64,000 nucleotides of DNA. Origin: Antedon mediterranea. Lineage: Eukaryota > Animalia > Echinodermata. A program made the position numbers and the translations under genes. Under the pieces are notes generated by a model that searched no databases, was not told where the DNA came from, and was given only the letters and a program-made list of their open reading frames with translations. Location: NCBI RefSeq assembly GCF_964355755.1, contig NC_092670.1, positions 10,774,795 through 10,838,794 on the forward strand, written 5' to 3'. Positions 63,120-64,000 of the stretch are shown here, one piece after another (within the stretch, counting starts at the first letter, position 1; every line of letters starts with the position of its first letter).

Positions 63120-64000
63120 AGTCAGAAACCTCATAACTCTATATTACACTACGTGAACATTTTCATTAAACCAAAGTTTGTTGCACAACTACATATGTAC
63201 ATGCATCTTCTGTCCAAGTTACAACATTACTGCTATCGCCGTTTTTTAGATCTGCGACCAACAAAAAATGAGCAGAAAAAATGAAATTTTTGACAATAAT
63301 AATAGGCTATCACTCTACAGAGAGCGATAGCGTAATAAATACAAATACTACTTATAGTCCATGGGCTGGAGGGGGTTACCGTGCACTCCCCCCCCCCACA
63401 GTTAAACTTCTTTGGTATCATTTTCTTCCCACGGACATATAGAGTGAAAAAATCGATGTTAACAAGAAAAATATAGGGATGCATTGTATGTACTTGCGCC
63501 ATTTGTAATGATCCTCAGTGTTTTATCTTCAAATATGTTTTGGGGTAGGGGGTAACAATTATCCCAATAACCCACGAATCCAACACCTAATTAGTATTAT
63601 CTTGGTACCATTGTGTAGCATACATCTTTTAAAATCTTATAAAATTTAAATAAAATTAATCGGACTATTAGTAGGGTCAGTAGAGGTCAAAAGGTCATTG
63701 ACCTTTTACAAAAATGCACATTTTTGCAAAAATATAGATAAATTTCAACATAGTATCTATAATTTTCAATATGTTTTATCTTAATTGTGTTTTATTTGTG
63801 CTTACTGACATATTGAATAAGAAAATATATGTTAACAAGATTAAAATTGCAGTTCATTATACACAAAGTATCATTTTTTAGTCTTAAAAATTGTAATAAA
63901 AATACATTTTTTGGGGTAGGGTGTAACATTAATAGCAATAACTCAGGAATCAAACATCTAATTAGTATGATCTTGGTGTCGTTGTGTAGCATTCGTGTTT

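Noticed and set aside
55160-64000. Exon 1 (signal peptide + PAN) of paralog 3
   Set aside because: Looked for the CLLEC/CLSVNY pattern and did not find it; it is beyond the window or lost, so not annotated.
63233-64000. Further repeat element at the right edge with a ~370-bp internal duplication
   Set aside because: Truncated by the window and too poorly defined to classify.

Overview
AT-rich, intron-containing animal genomic DNA, probably a marine invertebrate (an echinoderm is a guess). The core is a minus-strand tandem cluster of three fibrinogen-related-domain (FReD) genes. Paralog 2 (26352-41860) is complete: four exons, 310 aa, signal peptide + PAN/Apple + FReD. Paralog 1 (8265-12363) is frameshifted and shows only exons 1-2. 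Paralog 3 (48020-54222) shows exons 2-4. Behind the stop codons of paralogs 2 and 3 lie silent, frame-preserving variant copies of the C-terminal ligand-binding segment. These are the best candidate for an undescribed system (a cassette-type diversification reservoir, or relics of C-terminal swapping). The first 5.8 kb is an apparently intact two-gene PIF/Harbinger transposon whose left end lies outside the window; two of its MITE derivatives lie downstream. A single clean EHBP1-like exon sits on the plus strand between paralogs 2 and 3. The rest is nested transposable elements (CR1/L2-group, RTE-X-like and L1/Tx1-like LINEs, Gypsy, Helitrons, hAT, Academ-like, foldback MITEs) and tandem repeats (39/34-bp and 50-bp). 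All calls were made by eye, with no database search; coordinates of decayed elements are approximate.
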